Source: Nitrospirota bacterium (lineage in GTDB: Bacteria; Nitrospirota; UBA9217). From it: DNA of 16,861 nucleotides. The translations under genes were made by a program, and so were the position numbers. Every line of letters starts with the position of its first letter. Within the stretch, counting starts at the first letter, position 1. A model generated the notes under the pieces. It was not told the DNA's origin, searched no databases, and was given only the letters and a program-made list of their open reading frames with translations. The stretch is from contig DASPSR010000031.1 in assembly GCA_035623825.1 (NCBI GenBank), forward strand, positions 1 to 16,861, written 5' to 3'. Shown here one piece after another: positions 1-7,513 of this stretch.

Positions 1-10
1 GTGAAACCAT

Positions 11-41
11 ATTTCAACCAGAAATCCTCGCTCATTTCGGT
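11..41 (+). repeat. 31-bp direct repeat, copy 1 (ATTTCAACCAGAAATCCTCGCTCATTTCGGT)
   Basis: 28/31 identical to 1062-1092; contains the internal inverted repeat ATTTC-N5-GAAAT. Confidence 0.85.
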
Positions 42-261
42 TACGTGACGCGTGAACTAGTAGTTGAATTATGCAGTAATTGCCGGCTGCCAGGACAGTC
101 CCACCGATCTGCACAGCGCCTCCGATGATATCAAAAAGGGCTGACTGACGAAATCTCTGCAGCGGACAGAACGCCCATGATTTGAAGTCCTGACGATCTA
201 TTTGATATATATCCAATGAATCTTCATTGCCTCAATCCCTCTGTTATATATTCTAGTACCG

Positions 262-618
262 TCAGAATTTTATCCCCAGAGATGTCGCTGTCTTGTTCAA
301 TTTTTTGTCAAGGGTCCAAATGGGGGCGCTAGTCATAACGGCTGATGCTAGGAGATGAATATCAACATATCCCAATCCTTTATTCATCAGCCGATTAGTC
401 TCGATAAACCGCATCACTTCCTCGTGATCAGCAAGTTGAGCTGAAGGAAGTGTAACAAGTAGTGACAGAATTTGTAACCTGTTCTTGAGGTTGCCGCAAG
501 CCAATTCGCCGATAATGAAAGGATGGCAAATTACTTGTCCTTCAATCAACGACGATTCGAGCCCAATAGTCCCTGTTCTGAAGTGTTCGACCCATACTGA
601 GGTATCAACAAGCATCAT
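262..618 (-). CDS. vapC: Type II TA system VapC-family PIN-domain ribonuclease toxin
   Basis: 118 aa; PIN motifs LVDTSVWV, HPFIIGELACG, GLGYVDIHLLASA and IWTLDKKL; start overlaps the antitoxin stop (ATGA). Confidence 0.93.
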   Translation of the reverse strand: MMLVDTSVWVEHFRTGTIGLESSLIEGQVICHPFIIGELACGNLKNRLQILSLLVTLPSAQLADHEEVMRFIETNRLMNKGLGYVDIHLLASAVMTSAPIWTLDKKLNKTATSLGIKF

Positions 619-815
619 TTTTTATCTGCCTCTCTCCGCCGCGGTATCATCTTTAGTCCTTTTTCCGACCCGCCCAGACGCGCGAGCCGTTTGGCGCTCT
701 CGATCGCTATCAGTGACTCGAGTCCGCGACGGATGAGAGATGTTTTTTCTTTAATCCCAGTCAACTTCGCCGCCTTATTGAGCAGTTCGTCCTCTATATT
801 TAATGTTGTTCTCAT
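615..815 (-). CDS. vapB: Type II TA system VapB-family antitoxin
   Basis: 66 aa starting MRTTLNIEDELLNKAAKLTGIKEKTSLIRRGLESLI, a typical VapB/RHH-like N-terminus; RBS AAAGGAG at 821-827 supports the start at 815 rather than 869. Confidence 0.9.
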   Translation of the reverse strand: MRTTLNIEDELLNKAAKLTGIKEKTSLIRRGLESLIAIESAKRLARLGGSEKGLKMIPRRREADKK

Positions 816-857
816 AGTAGCTCCTTTCATTATATGATATGTTAATTTATATGTATT

Positions 858-886
858 AATATGCATCAATTGTATACTGCCGTCAA
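858..886 (-). promoter_or_regulatory. Putative sigma-70 promoter of vapBC
   Basis: TTGACG-N17-CATATT on the minus strand about 45 nt upstream of vapB, overlapping AT-rich short palindromes (TATTAATA, ATGCAT) that could be the autorepression operator. Confidence 0.55.
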
Positions 887-1061
887 GAGGTTTTACGAAT
901 AGACACGGCTGGATTGGCTTTAATAAAAAGCTCCTTCAAGTGGTGAATTTGATCGCTTCGAGATTATTCATTTCGGAAGGGAATATTACGTGTTAAGAGG
1001 AGGGCAACTGCAAATATTATATGATAGCACAAGTAAAATTTCAATAATCATGAGCTTCAAC

Positions 1062-1092
1062 ATTTCAATCAGAAATCCTCATTCATTTCGGT
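1062..1092 (+). repeat. 31-bp direct repeat, copy 2 (ATTTCAATCAGAAATCCTCATTCATTTCGGT)
   Basis: 28/31 identical to 11-41; ends about where recognisable integrase sequence begins. Confidence 0.85.
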
Positions 1093-1298
1093 CATTTGGT
1101 GAAAAATTTCATGTAAAAATGTCGCCACATGATTTCCGGCGCCATTCCGCAACCTATGCCAGCCGAAATGGTGTTCCGTTAGAGATCATATCCAAAGTAT
1201 TGCTGAGACACCATGATTTGAAAACGACTCAGGTATATCTGGGAAAGATCAATGACTCGGAAGCCATCCGCTGGATGGATGTGCTTCACGGAAAATAG
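1089..1298 (+). pseudogene. C-terminal remnant of a tyrosine recombinase/phage integrase
   Basis: SPHDFRRHSAT (H-x-x-R box II), LLRHHDLKTTQVY (second His and catalytic Tyr); only about 70 aa; the upstream in-frame sequence is AT-rich and lacks box I and the core-binding domain. Confidence 0.85.
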
Positions 1299-1699
1299 TC
1301 GGTAATGAGTATTAATCAATACTAAATAAAATCGCCTCTGGGGTACATGCTGACTTGACCCTAATCTTGATGCTTGTTACTTTCGGGAAGACGTGTTGAA
1401 AAATAACTATAGCTTGAACGCGTATTTCGTTTAGAAATAAGCACTCTTTACGCTTGCCGCATGTGCAGATTTGTTGGAATTTAGATCAAATTTATTTTCC
1501 TGAAGTTCGCGAGTTTCCATTCCTGTTAACAATCAATGTTTCTGACGAAAATTAATATTCCTAGGCAAGGGTACCGTTATTGATATCACCTACAAACATT
1601 GATCAACATCTGCGTTGAAAGTTAACAATTTCCGGGCGAAAGATACACATCGTCGGATTCACTCATTCGTTGGCGCAAGGACGTGTCGCAAACAACTAC

Positions 1700-1731
1700 G
1701 CCCCGCCCTCATTGTACAAGAGCGGGGCTTT
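1700..1731. terminator. GC-rich hairpin, possible intrinsic terminator between the convergent integrase remnant and HAF gene
   Basis: GCCCCGC(C)CTC-ATTGTACAA-GAGCGGGGC followed by TTT on the + strand; no good U-tract on the minus strand. Confidence 0.45.
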
Positions 1732-1983
1732 CATTCTGAATGAAGGATAAGTCTACGTTACGGTTCGTTAACTGCCGGAACGGCCGTATGCCAGCCGGCT
1801 ACACTGCTCATCATGCATTGGGATGGTTTCGCCATAATACAGTTGCCGAACTCGTGTCACTTCTTCACCGTTCACGGGCCGATACCAATAACGTTCTGCT
1901 TCGACATCATGACCAAAATCCGCTTCTCGGCGACGTTCTCCCTCATGAATTGTCCTTCCCTTCTAGAAGAAGCAATATGCCTC

Positions 1984-3849
1984 CTACAGCGGGTTCCCGC
2001 ATATGTCATGCCGGCGATATACCAGTCGGTTTATTGGCTCCGGCGTCATCGTTATGTTCTGGAATCCGATTTCCATCCCAGTACTGCCATTCAGGGTGAA
2101 CTGCACATCCACGCCGTTCGAGTTGTCGAGTCCGGCAAGCGAGATCCTGGGTGTTATCACGATAATCTGGCCAAGTTTAAAGTCGATCGTAACACTATCG
2201 CCATTCTCGAAGTACCAGTATACGTTCGGAAGAACGTGCTTGAACTGCGAGAAGGGCGCAGAGAACAGGGTTACGCCGTCAAACGTGCCTGTGATCACAT
2301 CGCTGGCCGCGGGCAGGGGCACTTTAAAATCAGCCCAGAGCAGGACGTTGCCCATGGTGTCCTGCTTGTTCGAGAACTGCACTGCAGCATAGCGCACGGA
2401 CAGGGACTCCGAGGTGTATATTGGCTCAGCCACCGCGAAGATAGAGAACGAACTGGTCAAACCGCAGACCCTCTTGTTAATGGTATCTACGGGCAGTTGC
2501 GTAATATCCGTCCAGATGCCGCTGCTGTAATGGTAGAGCCGCAACAGCGGCTCAGGCACCGTGATCTTGGTCGGGTCGTAGCCGATGCAGACCTCGACTT
2601 GGCCAGTGAAAGTCGCGTCCGTTGTGATGTCATATGATGAGCCGCCCAGGAGCGTGAAATTCGTAGGCGGCACAGGCAAATTACCCGGCAAGACCATGAT
2701 AGCAGTCACAGTTCCGCCTGACACAATGTCACTGAAGGTAAGGTTGACTTGCGGACCGAGAGCGACGGAGAAGTTCGTCGCACCTGTTGGCACTGACACA
2801 ACCGCCCCGGGCGTCAGAAGAAATGCATGCACAGTTCCGTTAAATGTCCCCCCGCCGACAATCTGACCAGCGGTATTTATTCCCTGTCCGGCTATTAGGG
2901 CCCACCCTGATGATGAAGGTATCAGGTTATTGAGGTCATACATCGTGCCGCCACTGTACAGGAAAGCGTGCTGAACCGTATCGCCGGTAAGAGTTGACGT
3001 CCCCACGATAAGTCCTGAGTTGTTGATACCGAAGGCCGTGCTAAAGTCGCCGCTAAGGGTGCCGAGGTCGGTCATCGTACCGCCACTGTAGAGGATTGCA
3101 TGACTGGCGGCATCACCAGTAAGATACGAACTCCCCACGATCTGGCCGGAGTCGTTGATGCCGTTGGCCCTGCTGCCGCTACCGCCCAGGGTGCCGAGGT
3201 CGGACATAGTGCCGCCACTGTAGAGGAATGCATGACTGGCGGCATCACCAGTAAGATCCGAAACCCCCACAATCTGGCCGGAGGTGTTGATGCCGAAGCC
3301 GAAACTATTGGTGCCGCCCAGGGTGCCGAGGTCGGCCATTATACCGCCACTGTACAGGAAGGCGTGCTGGATTGTATCGCCGGTAGGATTTGCCTCCCCC
3401 ACGATCTGGCCGGAGTTGTTGATGGCCTGGGCCTCGCTATTGGTGCCGCCCAAGGTGCCGAGGTCGGCCATGATGCCGCCACTGTACAGGAAGGCGTGAA
3501 CGACAGTATCACCCGTAAGTTCCGCAGCTCCCACGATCTGGCCGGAGTTGTTGATGCCTGAGCCGACGCTAGTCGTGCCACCAAAGGTGCCGAGGTCGGT
3601 CATGGTGCCTCCACTGTACAGGAAGGCATGAATGTAACCAGTTGTAATCGCCGCCTGCCCCGTCACCTGGCCGGAGTCGTTGATGCCTTCGCCGAAGCTG
3701 GTCGTGCCGACTGTAGTCGTGCCACCAAGGCCGCCGAGGTCTATCACCAGGTAAGACGGTTGGGCTGAGGCAGTAGCAGCAAATAAGAGTATCGTCAGCA
3801 TTAACATTGAAAATACGCTCACCTTATTATTCTTAACAAGCCTTTTCAT
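1984..3849 (-). CDS. Secreted HAF-repeat (probable extracellular repeat, HAF family) beta-propeller protein with two C-terminal beta-rich domains
   Basis: 621 aa; Sec signal peptide ending ASA|Q; seven HAF/HAI motifs in 44-aa repeats HAFLYSGGxMxDLGTLGGxxSxxxGINxSGQIVG; RBS AGGAGG upstream. Confidence 0.92.
   Translation of the reverse strand: MKRLVKNNKVSVFSMLMLTILLFAATASAQPSYLVIDLGGLGGTTTVGTTSFGEGINDSGQVTGQAAITTGYIHAFLYSGGTMTDLGTFGGTTSVGSGINNSGQIVGAAELTGDTVVHAFLYSGGIMADLGTLGGTNSEAQAINNSGQIVGEANPTGDTIQHAFLYSGGIMADLGTLGGTNSFGFGINTSGQIVGVSDLTGDAASHAFLYSGGTMSDLGTLGGSGSRANGINDSGQIVGSSYLTGDAASHAILYSGGTMTDLGTLSGDFSTAFGINNSGLIVGTSTLTGDTVQHAFLYSGGTMYDLNNLIPSSSGWALIAGQGINTAGQIVGGGTFNGTVHAFLLTPGAVVSVPTGATNFSVALGPQVNLTFSDIVSGGTVTAIMVLPGNLPVPPTNFTLLGGSSYDITTDATFTGQVEVCIGYDPTKITVPEPLLRLYHYSSGIWTDITQLPVDTINKRVCGLTSSFSIFAVAEPIYTSESLSVRYAAVQFSNKQDTMGNVLLWADFKVPLPAASDVITGTFDGVTLFSAPFSQFKHVLPNVYWYFENGDSVTIDFKLGQIIVITPRISLAGLDNSNGVDVQFTLNGSTGMEIGFQNITMTPEPINRLVYRRHDICGNPL
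2809..3756 (-). repeat. Intragenic tandem repeat array, 132-bp (44-codon) period
   Basis: CCACTGTA recurs at 2951, 3083, 3215, 3347, 3479 and 3611, exactly 132 bp apart. Confidence 0.95.
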
Positions 3850-3976
3850 GATGGATTCACCTCCTCTATGATATTTGATCGTTCATTACCAGCTAATATC
3901 CTCCATATCTATTATGTGCATCCTTTTCAAACCCTACACGGTAGTCGCGCTTCCGTTGTCAGTCGGCGCATATCAA

Positions 3977-4402
3977 TCAATTAACTCCAATGATTGTTGA
4001 GCCTGAGATGCCATCCAGCGTCGCCGATATGCTGCAATAACCTTTGGATACTGCTGTTGCCAATCCAATTGAGCCAGCTTCGTTACTGACAGTCGCAACT
4101 AACGGGTCAGATGAGTTCCAGACCACCATGGCTGTTATATTCTGCACAGAATTGTCGGAGTAAGAACCTATGGCAGCAAACTGGAGTCGTTTTCCGGAGC
4201 TGATGCCCAGAGGAGTGCTCGGGGTGATGCCGATACTCCTCAGTACCGCGATCCTTCCGCGATCTCCGCTGATCTGCCTGACCTGCCCGACTCCCGTATT
4301 AAAAGGAAGTGTGCCTCCACTCTCTCCTCCACAGGATATCAGCGCCACTGTAAGGGTCACAACAGCTGACACCAGCACTATTATGAACCTCTTGTTTTTC
4401 AT
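3977..4402 (-). CDS. Lipoprotein with a single bacterial Ig-like (Big_2) domain
   Basis: Lipobox LISC after a hydrophobic signal; LRSIGITP...LQFAAIGSYSDNSVQNITAMVVWNSSDPLVATVSN...GLATAVSKG..ISATLDGISGS matches Big_2/Lig-type repeats. Confidence 0.88.
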   Translation of the reverse strand: MKNKRFIIVLVSAVVTLTVALISCGGESGGTLPFNTGVGQVRQISGDRGRIAVLRSIGITPSTPLGISSGKRLQFAAIGSYSDNSVQNITAMVVWNSSDPLVATVSNEAGSIGLATAVSKGYCSISATLDGISGSTIIGVN

Positions 4403-4439
4403 GACATTGCTCTTCCGGGCCTACCCCTGAGCCCTTGTC

Positions 4440-4486
4440 AAAAAAAGCCAATCATGCCAAAGTTATCATCCTTCGGAAATTCGGCC
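4440..4486 (-). terminator. Riboswitch expression platform: intrinsic terminator overlapping the aptamer 3' end
   Basis: Minus strand GGCCGAAUUUCCGAAG pairs imperfectly with CUUUGGCAUGAUUGGC, followed by 7 U; mutually exclusive with aptamer P1/P3. Confidence 0.65.
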
Positions 4487-4555
4487 ATCTTGGTCTTATA
4501 AGATCCGAGCCGTTTCCGCCCTTTTCTCACGAAGAGTTTAGTTTTATCGGAAAAA
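4468..4555 (-). ncRNA. GEMM-I (cyclic-di-GMP-I family) riboswitch, A20 variant (c-AMP-GMP-type)
   Basis: Minus strand CCGAUAAAACUAAACUCUUC-GUGA-GAAAAGGGCGGAAACGGCUCGGAUCUU...AAGAUGGCCGAAUUUCCGAAG has the (A)CUAAAC 5' element, a GYRA-capped P2, the CGGAAA junction, the P3 receptor arm and the 3' CCGAA; it lies about 65 nt upstream of a gene. Confidence 0.82.
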
Positions 4556-4619
4556 CTTATTTATACTAATTGATTCAATGGATTTTTGTTTTCAGAGCAC
4601 ACTAATCCATAGGTATTAA

Positions 4620-4635
4620 AGCATTTTTTATACCA
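4620..4635 (-). promoter_or_regulatory. Putative sigma-54 (RpoN) -24/-12 promoter
   Basis: TGGTATAAAAAATGCT = GG-N10-GC, oriented toward the riboswitch; predicted TSS near 4609. Confidence 0.6.
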
Positions 4636-4703
4636 CAAAAAACTATTATTAATCTGCTAATTATTAAAGAATTTAAATTAGCTATTCGTGAAAAAATTAA
4701 TTA

Positions 4704-4833
4704 TGTAATATTTTCCGACTTAATAGATAAGCCGTTCAGCTATTTATTTTTTTATAAACATCATATTTCTATTTACTTGTGAGTTGTCACAATAATTAAG
4801 TATTAGATAAAACTGCAAAGTTTTCCGAATTAA
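4704..4833. promoter_or_regulatory. Candidate upstream activator sites: two 20-bp direct repeats plus a palindrome
   Basis: TGTAATATTTTCCGACTTAA (4704-4723) vs TGCAAAGTTTTCCGAATTAA (4814-4833), 16/20 identical, 110 bp apart; palindrome TTGTGA-GTTG-TCACAA at 4777-4792. Confidence 0.45.
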
Positions 4834-4995
4834 GTTACTTTGAGTACATAGTTTCATAATTTAAACATTGTGATATGCAAAGTATTTGCAAAAATGTCCT
4901 AGGAAACAATATTGAGAAGAGAGCAAATCGGACTGTAGTTCACAGTAATTATTTTAGGATTGTCTTTTTAGGGTATTGAATAAAATGGCAATAAG

Positions 4996-5096
4996 TAGCA
5001 GGCGTAAAGAGCAAGATTACTAAATGAAGTTATTATAGTTTCAACAAAAGGGAGCTCCACGGTTACAGGATGAAAGGCTCAAGGAAAGTTATGACC
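4996..5096 (+). repeat. 101-bp diverged direct repeat, copy 1
   Basis: About 71/101 ungapped identity by hand count to 5831-5931; conserved blocks TAGCAGGCGTAAA, CAAGATTAC, CAGGATGAA and GAAAGTTAT. Confidence 0.85.
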
Positions 5097-5225
5097 AAAT
5101 CTCGCATAGCCCCCATTCCCGGTCGTCACATCTTTTTCAAAACCAGCAAGGGAATAGGATATCCCACGCTCCCTATCAAATTCCCCACCCCCTGCGCCCG
5201 AAAAGGAGTGGGGAATAGGAAGATT

Positions 5226-5573
5226 TTACGTGCCGCTTGGTGCTGTGCTGGGCGCTGCAGTCGGTGCTGGAGCAGGTGCCGCTGCCGGGACTGCAACCGG
5301 AGCTGTCGTCGGCTTGCTTATCGGGGCTACGAGTCCTGCCTTATACTCGTCACTGCTGATCTCCTTCACTTCTGAATTCTGAATTGTGACCATGCTACCA
5401 GTTCGAGAATCCTTTAGCTTCACAGCGCCGCTCTTAAGATTATCAATCTTCTCTGTGTAGTACACATTGCCTGTTTGCGGGTCCGTCACCTTGTAATATG
5501 ATGCGCAACCGGCAACAAGCAAAACTAAACTGAGCACTGCCACAATCAAGCCTCTCGCGATAAACCGTTTCAT
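5226..5573 (-). CDS. Small hypothetical lipoprotein with an Ala/Pro-rich tail
   Basis: MKRFIARGLIVAVLSLVLLVAGC (lipobox VAGC), then YYKVTDPQTGNVYYT, a small beta-rich domain; RBS AAAGGAG; start at 5573 preferred over 5612. Confidence 0.85.
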   Translation of the reverse strand: MKRFIARGLIVAVLSLVLLVAGCASYYKVTDPQTGNVYYTEKIDNLKSGAVKLKDSRTGSMVTIQNSEVKEISSDEYKAGLVAPISKPTTAPVAVPAAAPAPAPTAAPSTAPSGT

Positions 5574-5763
5574 AAACTTCTCTCCTTTCTTAATTATGAT
5601 GTTATATTGCATTGCTTCTCCGCGATAGGCGCTTGCGGCGCGGAGGTATTTCTGAAGCAGCCGTTATTTTCATTCGGTCACAATATAAATGCTATTCGCT
5701 TCGTGAAGACTTTGGCCTTACCGCGCTGCACCAATTGACATATACGAAGAACCGAACAATGTC

Positions 5764-5772
5764 ATTATAGCA
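5764..5772 (-). promoter_or_regulatory. Extended -10 promoter element upstream of the lipoprotein gene
   Basis: Perfect TGcTATAAT on the minus strand with no recognisable -35. Confidence 0.45.
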
Positions 5773-5830
5773 GAAATCAAGAGTGAGCACTGATACCAGA
5801 TATGTTTTTTGGATACTACATAGCAAAAAA

Positions 5831-5931
5831 TAGCAGGCGTAAAAAACAAGATTACCGAATGAAATATTAAATAGTTTTAAGGATGGAAGCTCGCGTCTTT
5901 CAGGATGAAGGTCTCAGCGAAAGTTATAACC
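5831..5931 (+). repeat. 101-bp diverged direct repeat, copy 2
   Basis: Same length and same conserved blocks as 4996-5096. Confidence 0.85.
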
Positions 5932-6126
5932 GGAAAATAACAATTTCCAGTATCACCCTCCTTATTGATAGCACCTACTATGCGCAGGTTAGTTGGATTG
6001 AAATTTTAACAAATTACGATTGCAACATGTTTATAAATTGAATCGTTATTTTCTCGGGTGCCGGATCTTTGTGTTTCCTAACACTTGAATTGGAAAGTAT
6101 CGCGGCCTACTAGAGCGGATAGTCTG

Positions 6127-6783
6127 TTAAAACTCGAACCCGAGCGAAAAAACTGTGAAGTGGCTGCCGCTGTCATCAGGATTGAAGTCATAAACCCCGA
6201 GCGTCGCCTTCCGGTACATGATCTGTGCGAAGAAGCCCCGCTGGATATCTCGCTCACTTTGGTAAACGAGAGTGCGCTGGCTCACGACGCCGAAGCGTAG
6301 CCACTCCAGGGGGCTGAAGCCGAGTTCGTTCCACGAGTAGGTGAAGCTGTCCTGCCTCACCTCGAGATCGCGCACATACTCCGTCTCCGTGTAAAAGTCC
6401 ACGATGCCATAACTGATGCTCGCCTCGAACCCTGGTGCGATCCCCTCCTTCGCGCCGAACACCGCGCCAAGGATCGGCGTCAACTCGTAGGCGATCTTTT
6501 CTCCCCCCGAAAACTTCCAGCCAGCGAACAGCGAGCCGCTGTCGATTGCCTCGTAATTGTAGCGTGCCTCGATATGCAGCGGCCCCTTCTCAGCCGTTGC
6601 GACTCCCAGAAAAAAGTCGTCCTGATGGCGGAACGAATAGTAGGATGCAGTTACCGAATAGGTCCATCCGGGCGCGACCGAGGTCGTAGGGTTTGCCGGC
6701 ATGCCTTTGCCTTCCTGTGCGTTGCAAGTCAGTACCTCCAGCAAAAGCGATGCCGCAATGACACCGATTATCCGCACTCTCAC
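6127..6783 (-). CDS. Hypothetical outer-membrane beta-barrel protein
   Basis: Likely GTG start at 6783 overlapping the upstream stop (GTGA); signal peptide IIGVIAASLLLEVLTCNA|Q; amphipathic aromatic-rich strands; C-terminal beta-signal FSLGFEF. The ORF extension to 7050 is treated as a shadow. Confidence 0.75.
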   Translation of the reverse strand: MRVRIIGVIAASLLLEVLTCNAQEGKGMPANPTTSVAPGWTYSVTASYYSFRHQDDFFLGVATAEKGPLHIEARYNYEAIDSGSLFAGWKFSGGEKIAYELTPILGAVFGAKEGIAPGFEASISYGIVDFYTETEYVRDLEVRQDSFTYSWNELGFSPLEWLRFGVVSQRTLVYQSERDIQRGFFAQIMYRKATLGVYDFNPDDSGSHFTVFSLGFEF

Positions 6784-7442
6784 CCCCCCAGCGCTACTAT
6801 GATGGACACCAGGACGCCTCCGACGGCTGCCATCGCAAGACCGGTCCGCCAGGCGATGCCGCCGGCATAGCGTCCCAGCTGGTAGCCACCAATGAATAGC
6901 ATCACCAGCGCGACCGCATTCGATACGCGTATGGCGAGGGCGGTTTTGGAAACAAACATGAACGGCACAACGACCGGGAAGGTCGAGAGGACAACGAGCA
7001 GGAATACACCGAGAGCTCCTAAGTAATCCTCGACGCCGAGGCGCGCGCAAGTAGGCGGCTCCGACAGCGCTACAAGGTGCCGTCGAACATCCTCCAGGCC
7101 AACAGCACCTATCTCCTCGCCCAAGCGGCCGGGTAAGGCTTCAGCGATCCCTGCATGCGCTGTCTGCGGATCCGGGGCAGAGCGGACCATCTGCAGCAGA
7201 GTCAGGTTACGCGCCCGACCGGTCAGCGTCGCCATGAGGTACATGACCGCATCGACCAGGCCCCACGCAAGGTTGCAGCCTAGCGCCGTCAGCATCATCG
7301 TGCGGACTTCCTCACGCCCGGCCGTCGCTGCGTTGAGCGACCCCGTGAACGACAGCGCCATGAGCACGCCGAAAATTATCTCTGAGATGCGGCTAACTGG
7401 ATCAAGCACGCGCTCACGTTTCTCCTTTTCCCCGTTGGACAT
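6780..7442 (-). CDS. VIT1/CCC1-family transporter-like membrane protein
   Basis: RVLDPVSRISEIIFGVLMALSFTGSL, ALGCNLAWGLVDAVMYLM and FLLVVLSTFPVVVPF; about 5 TM helices; start MSNGEK at 7442 with RBS AAGGGG. Confidence 0.8.
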   Translation of the reverse strand: MSNGEKEKRERVLDPVSRISEIIFGVLMALSFTGSLNAATAGREEVRTMMLTALGCNLAWGLVDAVMYLMATLTGRARNLTLLQMVRSAPDPQTAHAGIAEALPGRLGEEIGAVGLEDVRRHLVALSEPPTCARLGVEDYLGALGVFLLVVLSTFPVVVPFMFVSKTALAIRVSNAVALVMLFIGGYQLGRYAGGIAWRTGLAMAAVGGVLVSIIVALGG

Positions 7443-7513
7443 AAAATCCCCTTTCTCATCCTCCCCCGGTCTCTGCGAAGATCCAATCCGGCGCAATAAA
7501 AGATTTGCCCGTC

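Noticed and set aside
140-200. attC-like half site CTGACGAAATCTCTGCAGCGGAC next to vapC
   Set aside because: The spacing is one base off, there is no complementary right arm ending in GTTRRRY, and the integrase remnant is too short to call IntI.
202-215. FNR-like box TTGAT-ATAT-ATCCA
   Set aside because: One mismatch, and no promoter or gene start is positioned to use it.
990-1088. N-terminal part of the 102-aa integrase ORF
   Set aside because: It reads through AT-rich non-coding DNA and the 31-bp repeat and shows no integrase similarity.
1768-1986. In-frame continuation of the HAF gene past TAG (amber readthrough)
   Set aside because: It requires two TAG readthroughs and the extension has no recognisable motif.
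1813-3584. Long overlapping and antisense ORFs over the HAF gene, and similar ones over cax, aspT and the OprB gene
   Set aside because: These are shadow frames of GC-rich coding DNA with no family motifs; their repeats just mirror the 132-bp array.
2809-3756. CRISPR array or DGR template/variable repeats
   Set aside because: The repeats are in-frame coding units, the differences are not adenine-specific, and there is no cas or reverse transcriptase gene in the window.
5145-5220. Hairpins downstream of the lipoprotein gene (ATTCCCCAC...GTGGGGAAT)
   Set aside because: Probably an ordinary terminator-like structure, but the large loop and weak U-tract prevent a firm call.
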